64,000 bases of DNA from Narcine bancroftii (Eukaryota), in the NCBI RefSeq assembly GCF_036971445.1, contig NC_091476.1, forward strand, positions 15,128,001 to 15,192,000. Direction: 5' to 3'. Both the position numbers and the translations under genes were made by a program. The notes beneath the pieces were generated by a model. The model was not told where the DNA came from, ran no database searches, and saw nothing but the letters and a program-made list of their open reading frames with translations. How positions within the stretch are numbered: the first letter of the stretch is position 1; each line of letters opens with the position of its first letter. Below are positions 9,835 to 22,655 of the stretch, in pieces.

Positions 9835-10709
9835 GCGCATGGAGAACTGTTTGGGGAGGGGGGGAGGTTGTCCTGGTCGGTGGCAATAAAAGGAAGGTTT
9901 CATAAATCTGCTGAATTTGACACATTCATTGGTGATCCTCGCCCTATCCTCCAGTTTGCTCACCTTCTGCCTCACGATCCGCGCTGCCGTGGGAGGTTGT
10001 CAATTACTTTGGTGTCAAGCAGGCAGAATAGTGTAACTTGATGTGTTGATTAGCCCGACGCAAGTCCCTCTGCTGACGGACCTACACATGACTCTGTCTG
10101 GATTAAATAAAATAGTTCACTCTCATTACATGCTCGTCGCTGAGACGAAAAGGTAGTATTTGGAAATAATTGGAAAGTCGGGGTTTTTTGGGGGTCATAA
10201 ATCGATACGTGTATCGGTTGCAGAGTATCTCATTCGCGTGTGTGAGACGTATCCAGTAAGCGGCTGAGTTATGCAAACCAGTCTGGATGACTTGGCAGCC
10301 TCCAGTGTCCTTGGAAGGCTGTCAAACTTCGTCAAAGATATGCTCTCCAAAATAGTAATAAATAAAACTCAGTCCAATGAAACTCCAACTTGGACAGGAC
10401 TTTTTTTTAACTGTAGAACGACAGGGTTCAGTGGTCAAGCAGAACTTGTTAACAAAGCATTTGTTGCTTACAACAAAGGATTTTCATTCTGTCCCTTGGC
10501 TTTTTCTGCAATTAGCCGTTTTCAACGTGCAGTGATGGCTGATCATAATATGGTCATCATCTCACAGCATAGAAACTTGCTGTTCTGTTCGTGGCTTATT
10601 CAGGTGAGTGTCTTAGTCTCTCCCAAACAGAGCGATCGTATCTGATTCCACCAGCATTTTGCACTCCAGGGAAAACAAGCTCCGCCTATCCAATCTAGCC
10701 CCATAACTA

Positions 10710-10950
10710 GGGCAGCACAGTTGGCGTCGAGGGTGGTACAGTTGGCCTTGCGGTTAGCGCAATGCCTTTCCAGTGGCAGCGATCGGACCCGGGGTTCAAA
10801 TCCCATGCTGTCTGTAAGGAGTTTGTACATTCTCCCCTTGCCTGTATGGGTTTTTCCATTCCCACCATTCGAAACCTACGAGGTCAATTGAGCGGCATGG
10901 ACTCAAGGGCCGAAATGGCCCGTTACCATGCTGTATTAAATTTAAACTAA
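10710..10950 (+). mobile_element. tRNA-derived V-SINE/HE1-like SINE
   Basis: B box GGTTCAAATCC. V-like core gtaaggagtttgtacattctcccc. CR1-like tail gggccgaaatggcccgttacc and (TTTAAA)-type end. Confidence 0.8.
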
Positions 10951-11814
10951 AGTTTACCAATCCAGACAATTTCCTAATTAATCGTTTCTTTACCATCTCC
11001 AGAATAATCACATAATTTCTGTTTGCTGGAGACCAAAACTGCAATGCAGCCTAACTAGTGTCTTACAAAGTTGCAACATAACTTCCCAACTCCTTCGCTC
11101 CATGCCTTAACCAACAAAGGCACCACACCACCCTATTCACTTGTGTTGTCACTTTCAGGGAATGATAAACTGGAAACCCAAAATCTGTCAATATTTTTGG
11201 CACTGAAGTTCTCCTGTAATTTTACCTCAAAATGCATTACCTTGCATTTGTTTTGTAGACTTTATTTAAAATTTTATAACATGAATACAATAAAGAATTA
11301 CATTTAAAGAAAAATAGAAAAACAATTAAAAAAGGTATGATTACATCAGAAAATTACACAAAATACCTTGCATTTGTTCACATTGAATTTCATTTACAAT
11401 GCCCTACCCCACTTTCCATGTGCTCTATATCATGCTGTGGCCTTAGATAATTTTCCTCGCTATTCATGGCATGTCAGTAAAATTGTTTACAAGGATAATA
11501 TTACACATCAAATGATACATTCTAATGTTTCATCTCCCAAGAAATTATGGCTTTAAAATATGTTTATTTATTGAATATAAAAGTGGGAAGTTGTGTTTAA
11601 TTGATGGAACATCATGGTCATCATTAGTTCTGCTGAGTGGTGAACCCCAAAGAGATTCATTTATGATGCTGCCATTGATTAGAATCTCTCTTGTGTGATG
11701 TATAATTGCTCAACACCCCCACTTTTTGATGTGGGTATATATCATTGCTTTTATTTATGAAATGCCACTAGTTGGAGATCTGACATGGAAAGTAAATGTT
11801 GGAAATATGCTAAA

Positions 11815-11908
11815 CAGTGGTTCTCAACCTTTTCTTTTCCACTCACATACCACCTTAAGCAATCCCTTACAAATCACAGAGCACCTATGGCATAGGGATT
11901 ACTTAAAT
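11815..11908 (+). mobile_element. Partial hAT (Charlie/MER5-like) MITE, same family as the 58-59 kb copies
   Basis: cagtggttctcaacc...ttccactcacataccaccttaagcaatccc. Confidence 0.75.
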
Positions 11909-11909
11909 T

Positions 11910-12620
11910 TAGTGCCCAATCTTTTAGTTGCTCTTTTTGGCACAACTAGAGAGAATGGCATGACTTTAACATCAACTAAATGTCAAATAATATCCTCTAC
12001 TTCCCTTCTGGCAAGACGAGCGATGCTACTTGGGTGGAGGGATGTGGTTGTGCCCACTCGCGCAATGGTCGTGTGAGATTACGTCTGCCTTCTGGAGAAA
12101 AACTTCCATCCAGTATCTTCTAAGGCTCAAACAAGTCCAAAACATATGAATTAATGTAGCATCCCCATGATTACATCTATCACCACGAGGACTCATAATG
12201 TGAGAAAGATTATCTTTGGACATGTGAGCTCTGTGTACCACTTTAAATTGTAAGAGAGAATGGGGAGCACATAATGATGAAGTATTAACCAATTTAAAAA
12301 TAAAATCCCAACTCTCTTCAGATATTGAAAAATGTTAGTCCTGTTCCTATGCTTTTAAATTTTATCTAAAGGAGCTTTATGCAATTTCATCACCATATCA
12401 CTAATAGTAGATATTAAACCTTTATGTGAAGGTTGTAAATTAAAAATTGCATCAACAATATTCAGGTCAGGAGCATTTGGAAACTCAGGTAATTGAGAGT
12501 GGAGAGTTATTCTGTTCCCCTTGGTCTCTGATGACAGCACTTCAGAGCTACAGAGGGGAAAAAATTTAGCTAAGAATTCTGTCAGATAACTAATAACAAA
12601 AGCAAGTAAGACCATAAAAA
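11910..12620 (-). mobile_element. L1-clade ORF2 C-terminal fragment
   Basis: LLQFKVVHRAH...DRCNHGDATLIHMFWTC..L..YW, the cysteine-rich C-terminal motif of L1 ORF2. Confidence 0.8.
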
Positions 12621-13229
12621 AATCCAGTAAAAGGTTCTGTTTCCCTCATGCACCAGATAAATATAATATTCAGCTCACCAAATTCCTGTCTACCATCAAG
12701 TTTCTTTTAATCTCCCTTCATTCTCATCAATTCCCCCCATGGACATGCAAAGGGGCGATCTACAGTGGTCAATCGAATGTGGAAGGAAACTGGAGCACTT
12801 GGAGGTAACAATTGAACCCAAGTCACTGGAAATACGAGCCAGCATCTCCTCAAGCTGTGCCACCTTGCTGTCCATGCTTTTGTGCCATCCTTCAACTCTG
12901 TTCTGACATTAATTCAAAGCTCATCTTATATGTAAACAGTGCACAGATTTGTTCCAGGAAGGGCCAGATTGACTTTCACTTCAATATGAATATGGAAAGT
13001 TCAAACTTCCTCGGAAGTCCTTACTGGTGTTATTTAGACAGTGTTCTGAAACTGACCACCAGCTTCTTGCATTTTCTCAGAAATTACCGTGGAGAGTTTT
13101 GTTGAACTTGCACCAGGCTTGATCTGACCCGTTCGCAAGTTATAAATTTAATGGAGTTATTTGCTAAGTAAGAGATGTAACCCAGGTAAATATTAACTTA
13201 AAAATAACAAAATATTAAGTACACATCGA

Positions 13230-14100
13230 AGTACATCCTTTCACATATTGAGTTCCAGTCCCTCCGATCCCTTCTAACCCTTTTACTAATTATTTTAAAT
13301 TTATGCCCTTAATTTTAAAGCCTCTGCTATTCCTATTTATTTATTTTTTTTGGTCCTCATGATTTTATACACCTCAATAATCTCACTTCAGCTTGCTTTA
13401 ATGTTGAGAAAATTATACCAGCCTTTGTAATTTTCCCTCATAGCTAAACTTTTCCAGCTTTGTAAATTTCCCTCTGAACCTTCTTTTGTGCAATTGCATC
13501 TTTTTGTCATGCAGTGGTCAAAACTGTAGACAGTAGTCTATAGAGCTGTGGTCTAACTTCTGTTTAAAACATTTCAAGCTTAATTCCTGCAACAATAATA
13601 ATAATAATAAATGAACATATCTCTCATGCTTTATAACTTCCTTCTCAATCTGCTGACTAAGTATCTGTTGACATTATGGAGTCCATTTATTCATTATTCT
13701 CTGGCCATTTGGCAATCCTCAATCTCCACTATCCGCCACCTACCAAATGCATCCTTCCCATTTCCCTGAATTGTATTCCATTGACCACTTTGCTTCTCAT
13801 CTGAACAAACCATTTAATCAGCCATCTATAATTTTTCTCCTCACTACCAACCACATGAGCTATTTCTGTATCATTTGTAAACTTTTTTTGAGTGCTATAT
13901 TTAAGTCTCAATCATTTATATACATTAGAGAAGCTAAAGGACCATGTACTAAACCCTGTAGAGCCCTTGATAATTGCCTTCCACCTGTTCAACCTTCATA
14001 GTTTACCTCTTGCCACTACTAATTTTGGTTGGAATCTGCCACACCCGCTGAATTCCAAGTCACGACATCATTTTGATCAGCCTGCCATACGGGATCTAGT
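13230..14100 (-). mobile_element. Heavily decayed CR1 remnant
   Basis: Minus-strand remnants such as KFTNDTEI and ccaaatgcatccttcccatttccctgaattgtattcc, matching the CR1 RT region seen at 61.2-61.5 kb. Confidence 0.55.
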
Positions 14101-14104
14101 CTCG

Positions 14105-14245
14105 AAAGTGTGCAGACGCTGTAGTTATAGTAAAAACACAGGAAAAAACCCTACAAATATTAGAGGAGTTCAGTGGGTCTTGCGGTGTCTATAGGAGGTA
14201 AAGATATATTACCAATGTTTCAGGCCTGAGCTTGTCTTCAAGGTA
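14105..14245 (-). mobile_element. Penelope-type terminal fragment
   Basis: Similar to one arm of the 3.7 kb and 41.3 kb foldbacks. Minus strand CCTTGAAGACAAGCTCAGGCCTGAAACATTGG. Confidence 0.55.
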
Positions 14246-16387
14246 AGATCTATTTGCTTTCCCCTTTTAATTTTACCCTTAGACTCATCATTTTACATTT
14301 TCTGAATAGTAAGCTAATGATATCTGATATAAGCTTCCATTTTTTGTGATATGCACTTTGTCGTCCAGGAGAATCTGCTTGTGAGAACATAGTTACACTT
14401 AGACCACTGAACCTCCTTATTTTCTGTCTCACACTGCACTGAACTTCCAGTCCACATCTGCTGAATCATTTTCCAGTCTAATTAAATAGCTCACACTCCA
14501 ATTTAGAATATTCACATTTATTTTATTTTTGTCCTTTAAAGTTCAAATTTCTTATCAGCTGGCTGTCCATGTACAACCAGATGAAACAGCATATCTCAGG
14601 ACCACGATACACACACAGTACCGAATAATCTCAATATACATGAAGATTTAATATAAATTGAGCACACTGTATATAAATATTCCATAACAATGCCAAATCT
14701 CTCCCACTGATACTCCTTCCATCTGCCAAGATTTTTTTTTTCTCTCTGAAACGGAATTCAGAATTGGAGCAACCAGCCCCCACATCTATTGCCACCCACA
14801 TTCCTTGTCATTCCCATCACATGAATTTCTTATGGATTTTACAGTAAACATGTATTTATGCATTCACGTACACTTTGTAAAGACTGTCTTTACAATGATA
14901 TAGAAATTAGAAGCATCCATTGCTGTTTCACTGCAGGATATATATCTTACATATGCATTATGTGGCCTAATTTAATTTCTGACCATCACTGTACCTTTTA
15001 CTTTTATTGTATAATTTGTTTTTTCAAGCTTTTCAGTTTGATGCAAGGACATTTCTCATCCATTAATGCTCCGCTCTCACCATTATGGTTTCATGGAGCT
15101 ATCTTCTAGCTGGAGCCAATTCTAGAAGACATGAAAACTGGTGAGGAGATATGGAAGCAATGTCTTCTGAGCAGATAATTGAGGCATACATGACATTTGT
15201 AAGACCACCGAGTTTGTCAGATTTACAGATTTTCCTGCACCTCATCTAAGTGACTCATTGACGTGAGCAAGTGAAGAAGACTAGTTTGGATACCACTGAA
15301 ATCAATGTTAACAGATTAATTATTCCCACCAGATACTACCTCTCTGAAATTTGTAATCGCTGATGTTAATTAAAACCTGCATGCTTCCTCCTGTTCATTT
15401 GACTCAGCAGAATAAAATTTTCACCATGTTGGCCTGGTTACATGTGGGTCCTACCTTTCCTTTTGTGTTCACTGGCAGCATACTTGACTGATAGTTTAAT
15501 GGAAATAATAGGTTAGTTCTTAGCACTACGTCGTCCTCCCATGAGTTCAAACAGGGACTAAAATCCCTCAATATTGAAGGGTTTTCTGACTTGCAAAATA
15601 AATCTTCCATGCCACAAAACATTTCGGTATAACGACAACATGAACCTTGTGATTAAATGAGAAATACAGCATTGCTGGTTGAATTGACCATGCAAACAAT
15701 AACTCTGAAGTACATTCATATCTTTATTCTGTACTGTCATTTATTGTGTCATCTCCAGCCAATTTTGGCAGAATAAGAAAATATTAGAACTGATCCTTAA
15801 TAATAGGGGTAATTAAAAACTCCCGATATTCCGTGAGATGACTCTCTTATCCAGAGACTAGTCTTCGTGTTTGTTGATTTTGTGTTTTGTGTATTCTTTT
15901 ATTAATTGGTGTACAGCACTTTGGACCAACATTCCGTTGTGTTTACAATGTACTATATAAATAATATTCAATTCGATTTAAATTATGGAAAAAATGCCTT
16001 AGGCTGAGAATATATCCAAGTACAATTTAAAATCATCATTTTAATTTATCCTTCTTGAGCTCTAAGTTTGATCTACTCTTTATACGAGGAGACTGCCATT
16101 GTCTTGTGAGGTAAGATGTTGGAAAAGGATTTGCCCCTCAGATTTGGAACGTTTCCACTATGCACACATCAAGGACTAATATGCTGTGTGTTTCAAAGCA
16201 GTTAAATGCCTCAGTACTCTGATGACGTCAATAAACATTATTTCAAATCTCAACCTCTTGCTGTGTTAATCACCTACAAGCCCATGTATTGCAATTTTTG
16301 TTTTTTTTCTTGAATATAGGGGTAGGAGTCAGATGAAATGTAAATTTAATTCTTCGGCATGATGTGAGATGCTATAAGGCAAATAGA

Positions 16388-16640
16388 AGCATTAACAACT
16401 CATTTTAAAATTACATGTATGGAAATGTCATTTTTTTTACATCCAAATTGGCCCTACAGACTGTGCTATTTGGTTTCCCTGTAAATAATATCAGGAAATT
16501 GGCCAAAAAGATATTAAAAATGGTAAAGGAACGTTTACACCCAGAAAGCTGCATTTGATCAACCCCAACCCTTCCCAAAATGTCTACAACATTCAAGGAT
16601 TTTCTGAACAGCAATCTGCCCTTATGAACAGCATAAGCCC
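16388..16640 (+). repeat. Donor copy of a ~255-bp local duplication
   Basis: Near-identical to 18174-18433. Confidence 0.92.
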
Positions 16641-18152
16641 TTATGGCAGCCAGACACCAGGTAACATTTTGACTGCCAATGTGCGAGACAGAGGCTGCAG
16701 GGTGAAAAAAAGTCAGTGGATGAAGAGATCATGCATTCTCCTCAGGGAGATAGGATGCAGATGGAAGGTGCAGTGTCAAAAAAGGAAAGGCAGGAAAACA
16801 ATTGGGGCTCCTTTAGGAAGAGCCTGGAAGGAGGTGATTCTAGTTGCCTCCTACAGGCGTGAGAACCCCTAATCATAAGAGCAAAGTCAAATGTCACGAC
16901 CTTACAAATCATGAGCTGTAGATCATGTACATCTGTAGGCCACCTGAGTCAATCAATCAGGGGATTATTCATGCAAGACATGTTATTGATCAATATAGAT
17001 GGTTCTGAAGAGGAGTTTGTGAGTCATCCAGGCTGATTGCTGATAACCTGTCATATTTTTAGATTGTAATATGGAGAGGGTTACTCCATTCATCAGCCCC
17101 TGATAACACATGCCATTAATGCCTTGCTCCTCTGGTCTACTGGGAGATGAGGCTACTGGTGTTCTGTTGGATAACCCTAGTTCAAGGTTTTCCCTTCCAT
17201 TTGTTCTGCTTCCTCTTGGTTTTCTTTACCCTGTGCCTCAGGTCTCTCAGACTCTTATATTTTTTGGCTCTACTCCTTTGGCATCAGCTACAATATTGTT
17301 AGATTTCAAGATGTAGCAATCAACTATGATGTCTCCATGCCATGGGATGTACATTACGTGGAACCCCTAGGCTGATTCAAACACTACAATCTCATCTTTA
17401 GTATTTTGTTGATGCAACAATTATCAGCACTGGTAAGACAAAGCAGGGAATTAAGATTGTAACCCTTGAACCACATGATCCATTGTTCTGGGTAATATTG
17501 GCAGGAGAATTGTCTGGTATTTCAGTCTCCTTGGGAATGAACAAACCTTATGCATAAACAACACAGGATCCATCACTACCTCAGGAAAGGTTTAGTGGGA
17601 TATGGGCCAAATGCAGGCAAATAGGGCTTGCTCATTTGGCATGAATGAGTTGGGCTGAAGGGCTTGATTCCATAGTATGAAATGCTATGACTCTATGTCC
17701 TGCACAAGTGAGAAGCCAGCAATGTTGTCAAATCCCATGCCATGTGTTCTGACTGAAATCAAAATATATTAAATTGTTTAATTGTGAATGCAATATATGG
17801 ATGAATTCTCTGATGGAGCAGTGAAAGCAGCACCATTCAGCTGCAGCCACTTGGAAAGATCCCGTGGTAAAGTCATTAAAAGTCAAGGTTGGCATGACCC
17901 TCATAAAGAGAGCAGCTGTATGCAAAACCCCAGCTTCATTTGTTAAGGGTAGAAATGATCATTGAAGAAATAGTGTGAGAAATGCCAGGCATTCTAACAT
18001 GCTTGATCCAAATTCCAAAGGATGCAATTTCGCCTGGTAATGTTTGTCAATGCAAGCTCACCCTGGTTAAATTGCTTTCATGCACAAATTATGTCCTAAC
18101 TAAAAGATTCCATTTATTGTCATGTAATAAAAATGGTCCAATATTACATGAA

Positions 18153-18690
18153 TGGGGTTGACACAGTTGGCTTAGCATTAACAACTCATTTTAAAATTAC
18201 ATGTATGGAAATGTCATTTTTTTTACATCCAAATTGGCCCTACATACTGTACTAGCACCTAATTGGTTTCCCTGTAAATAATATCAGGAAATTGGCCAAA
18301 AAGATATTAAAAATGGTAAAGGAACGTTTACACCCAGAAAGCTACATTTGATCAACCCCAACCCTTCCCAAAATGTCTGCAACATCCAAGAATTTTCTGA
18401 ACAGCAATCTGCCCTTATGAACAGCATAAGCCCAGTTGGTGTAAATGCCTTTACACGCCAGCGATTGAAACTGGGATTCAAATCTTGTCCAGTCTGGATG
18501 TATGTTCTCCCCATGTCTGTAATGGGTTTTTCCCAGGGGCTCCGGTTTCCTCCACCGTTCAGAATGTACCAGGGTGTGGGTTAATTAGGTGTAAATTGAG
18601 AGGCACAGACTCATGGGGCGAAATGGCCTGTTACCATGCTGCATGTCTAAATTTAAGCATTCAAATTTAATTACAAAATTTAAATTTAAG
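18153..18690 (+). mobile_element. V-SINE-like SINE whose head is interrupted by a ~260-bp copy (18174-18433) of upstream sequence
   Basis: ggggttgacacagttggcttagc + insert + agttggtgtaaatgcctttac...ggattcaaatc...ggggctccggtttcctccacc...aaatttaa tail. Confidence 0.8.
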
Positions 18691-18709
18691 ATTGTTTTTT
18701 CATCCGCAT

Positions 18710-19460
18710 TCACTATCAGCAGAAATTGCCTGAAGCGCTTCTTATAGTCAAAGGAAGAGAAGCAAAAGAGAGTTCCCCTCAGAGTCACCATGATCCATGA
18801 ATTCGGCTCCAGTGGTCCCGCTGCCCCTACAGCCTCACAGAGTCCAGTCCAAACCATCAGCAGCCCGAGCTCCAGATCTGATCCTCCAACACAATCAGGA
18901 ATCCTTCAGCACCCTTGGCATCCTTTCGCACCCCAGTTCCGAGGTACCATTCAGCCAGTCTTGAGTCAATCTCCAGCAGTCCACAGCCTGGTATGAATCC
19001 CTTGACCACATCGCCAGCAGCCCAATACCTGCATGGGTTTCTTGTCTTGATTCACCAACAGCCCGCCACCTGCACGTTCTTCAGCCTCAGACTAATCTGC
19101 CATCATGGTCGTCTCTCCTGCTTCTCCTTTTCAAACAGGAGGCAGTCTCCCACTTTTCTGGTGCCCTGCACCAGTCCTCTGCTTCTCCAGAGTTTGTAGC
19201 CCCTTGTGGCTGTTACTGGTCATCAGAGCTGCCATCTTGGTCGCAGACCCCGCTGTTGTAGTATTTTTAAATAAAACTATCGTTGGCACCAGTTACAGGC
19301 TGTTTAGAGCCTGAATGGAGCTGATGGCAATCGGACTAGGCAGTTGTACCCGGCGGGAGCACAGTGAGTCTGCCCCCTGCGCTCTGCGGGTCTGCGCCAG
19401 TAGCTGAGCTGCTGTTACAGCTGCTCCACCAGCACTGCAATTTTTTCCAATGTCTTGCCA
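18710..19460. repeat. Unclassified GC-rich interspersed repeat-like segment
   Basis: Sharp compositional shift and no credible protein. Resembles a TE untranslated region. Family not recognised. Confidence 0.35.
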
Positions 19461-19894
19461 ATGTCATTGGCCATTTTTTACTGTTTAGATGTTAGCTCAT
19501 TTTGATAGGTCAAAGTTTGAAGGGTTTACAATTTTGCCAATTTTCTGGTTTTCTTTTTGGCCATGAAGTTCACTCCTGTTGACGTAGTTTTATAGATGTT
19601 GATCATAAATGAGAAATTCTATTTTTGAGACTCGGTATGAAGGTACTGTTTGATTACTTAACAATGGGTCTCAGGGCAAACTCCAATCCTATAGATGGCC
19701 AACATAATACTTTATTTCCATCAGGGAATTCTAGGTCTGTCTCCCCATCTCAAGTCAAGGCACCAGAGTAAATTCTGGCATATATACTGCTGCTGTGGAT
19801 GAGATCCACATAGTCAATTCATACCAGTTGTCAGATCTAGGGTCATGTACAAAATGTGAAAAAAAATGCTGCATTATTTACTGTATTCCATATA

Positions 19895-20125
19895 CAGTAA
19901 AACCACAGGCATCTGGAATTCAAGCAACAAGCAAAAAAATTGACGAAAATAAATTTTTAAAAGTAAAATAAATAAGAATAAAATAACAGGTAAAAATACA
20001 AGGTTTAAAATTGTAAATGTTCTCTGAAGTAACGCGTAAACATCTGGTGAAGAAGGGAGCAAATATTCAATCAGAGGAGTGCCTTGGTTGTGCTTTGCTC
20101 ATAGGAGCTGTTTGAATGAAGTCAT
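19895..20125 (-). mobile_element. Partial Tigger/pogo-like MITE, inverted relative to 37170-37830
   Basis: TA|CAGTAAAACC start. Reverse complement of ~37585-37830. Confidence 0.75.
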
Positions 20126-21049
20126 GTGAATCAGCAATGGCTTCACCCAGTGGTTGATCACTATTGGGGTGACTTAAAGTTTTCTTATCCTTGCTTAGTA
20201 AGAGTTGTCCTGGTCAGAGGCTTTATCTGTAAACTTGAGAGAGGGGAGTTTAATTATCTATAATGTTATTGTTTGTCTTTCGGGTGGTTCTGTGGAGGGG
20301 GAGGAACCTGCAGATGTACTGATAGTTAAATGTATTCAAGGATTTTTACTGAAAATAAAGTAAAATGCTTGGTATATTAGTTAGACCTTGTAAGAGTAAG
20401 GCTCAAGCAACTGGAAAATACCAGGTGCAAGATACCTGGTGCAAGATACCAGGAGTTTTGCTGCATCTCAGTAATGCTTCAAAATATTTTAAATTTAAAT
20501 ACGTTGATAGTCTGAAGGTGATTTCCCAATTTTGCCTCTGCAGCAAGGATGACAGACAAAATAACACTTCAGCACAGACCAGATGGGCTGAAGGGCCTGT
20601 TTCTGTGCTGTCACCTTCTATGGTTCACAGCATTAGTGAAGAATATTCATTGGCCATGACGTTATAGTAATAGAAGCAGCTCAAAAACAACTGAAGATAC
20701 TTTTAACATTTTTTAATTTGTACTCCAAACCATAAGATTTTCAGACTATTCTAAACTAGTGACTCATGACTGCCCTAAATTTGGAATGTGACAATATAAT
20801 TTTTCAAGGCAACATGGGGATGAAAGAAAATTGGAGTGTTCTCATGTAAGATTTTATCTATTTTATTCCATGTGCATTTTGAGTTGGAAACTAATGTTTG
20901 TGATGGAATTGAACTGTGATTTTACTGTGTGGTTAATCATTTTTTTTGTGCTTGACCACTCAAGTTTATTCTGATCCAGGCCTGATGACCGCAACAGTTG
21001 AGAATTGATTTCTATTGAATTGTCCCAATTATTTAATTTTCGAAACATT

Positions 21050-21302
21050 TTTAAATTTGTAATTTAAAAAAATGTAGATGTACAGCACAGTAACAGGTCC
21101 TTCCGGCCCATGATCCTGTGCCACCCAAATAGCCCAATTAACCCCCCAACCCTGCATGTTTTGAAGGGGAAATGGGGGCACTTGGAGTAAATGCACGCAG
21201 AGATGTGAGAATATACATTCTCCTTACAGACGACATCGGATTCGAACCAGGGTCGTTGATGCCATAATAGTGTGGTGCTAACTCAGCACTAACCATGCTG
21301 CT
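21050..21302 (-). mobile_element. V-SINE-like SINE
   Basis: Reverse complement of the 10.7 kb family (ggattcgaacc B box, ctccttacagac). Confidence 0.8.
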
Positions 21303-21994
21303 CCTTTATTTAACCCCCTTCTTTTTAACTCCAATGCGTAGCTATAAATTTAATTAACTTCAATTAGTTGTGGAAAATAAAGGTAAGATCGTAAAATCGC
21401 AGATTTTATCACATTGTAACTGAAGTCATCAACTCGTTAGCATTTACCAGCAAAGTTTTGAAGACAGATTTTCTGTGATCATTAATTGAAAAAGATTTGT
21501 TTCTAATTTGAGGACCGCTGTAGTAGCACTAAGCTGATTGAAACATCACGTAAATACGTAAAGTGGAGTGGTTGCCACACTGTTGATGACTTTATTGCAT
21601 TTATGATGAAAGTGGGATCATGGGGTGATAGCCTTTGTCACCAACAAGAGTTTGAAGAGTGGGAGCAAGAGGTGAAAGGAAAACTATGTTCAATCACAAA
21701 TGATTGCAAAAGGTTACAGGGCCTAGTTTATCATTTTGGGGAGGTGAACCTCAGAGACAATCATTCTCACTGCTGATGCCTCCTAACAAGCTGGATTATA
21801 TGACAGTATTTTTACTTTCAAATTTCACCATATAAACTGCTCATAAGTCCAAATCACTGAGAAGTTGATGCTCTGTGTCTGAACTTGCATCATATACTTT
21901 AGGCAAATGCTAACTGCAGTGTGTCCTCCAATTCACTGCAGTGTCTGTAGATGGTGTCTTCTACACAGGATGAACTGCTATTTTTTTAATTAGT

Positions 21995-22655
21995 CCCATA
22001 TATTTAGGTATATAAGTCAACCTTTGAAAGACTAAAAAAATCAGGTGTCGTCTTATAAGTCAGATAGATAAGTTCAACAAAACAAAACACTCAACATAGA
22101 TTCAGTGTATAAGATGACCCTGGAAGTACCTCCCCACTGCCGGCGCTGCCATGCCACAACACCTCCCCACCACCACCATAACCCACTCAGACAATTTACA
22201 ATTGTAGAGCCCGAGGTCCCTGCTTCTGCCCGGGAGCCAACACGTAGCTGGGGATCCTGCACCGAGGACACTTGGGTAGCAAGGTAACTTCTTCAATGCA
22301 GACGGGGCCGCACCCGATGTTGAGAATGGAGTCGCTGTCGCCAACTCCGGCTACAGCTGATGCTGAAGACTTAGACCCAGCACCATTTAGCCTCTTCCCA
22401 GCCAGAAGCAAAGTTTTTTTTTTAAACTTTTTTTCACTTGCTTGCTTAATTTGCAGATTTGTTACTTGGCGATTGGGGTGTTGTAACAACGTTTGGGTTG
22501 TTGCTGGGAGGCCTGGACACCAATCTCCAGCATGTTCCTTGCAGAAAATTGAGGGTCATCTTATCTGCCCGATATATGATAAAAGCATGAAAATGAAGCT
22601 GAAAATGGGGACCTGACTTATCTGAAGGTCAACTTGTACTCCAAAATATACAGTA
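21995..22655. mobile_element. Tc1/mariner-pogo-type MITE, degenerate
   Basis: Ends tatttaggtatataagtcaacc / ggtcaacttgtactccaaaatatacagta, with repeated subterminal gtcgtcttata-like motifs. Confidence 0.6.

Larger units (their letters stand above)
8250..10260 (+). promoter_or_regulatory. CpG-rich promoter/first-exon region of the GAB gene
   Basis: Visibly higher GC and CpG density than the AT-rich flanks. GC box GGGGCGGGG near 8902. Surrounds the ATG exon. Boundaries approximate. Confidence 0.7.

Noticed and set aside
8204-9975. Cluster of overlapping 60-110 aa ORFs in the track
   Set aside because: Expected from GC-rich promoter DNA and G runs. No recognisable domains. The real exon (9154-9225) is in a frame not listed.
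10710-10810. tRNA gene
   Set aside because: The A/B-box-like head continues into a SINE body and tail, recurs in several copies, and gives no full cloverleaf.
20415-20452. Three 14-bp tandem units (GCAAGATACC.GGT)
   Set aside because: Short slippage-type repeat without spacers. No evidence of function.
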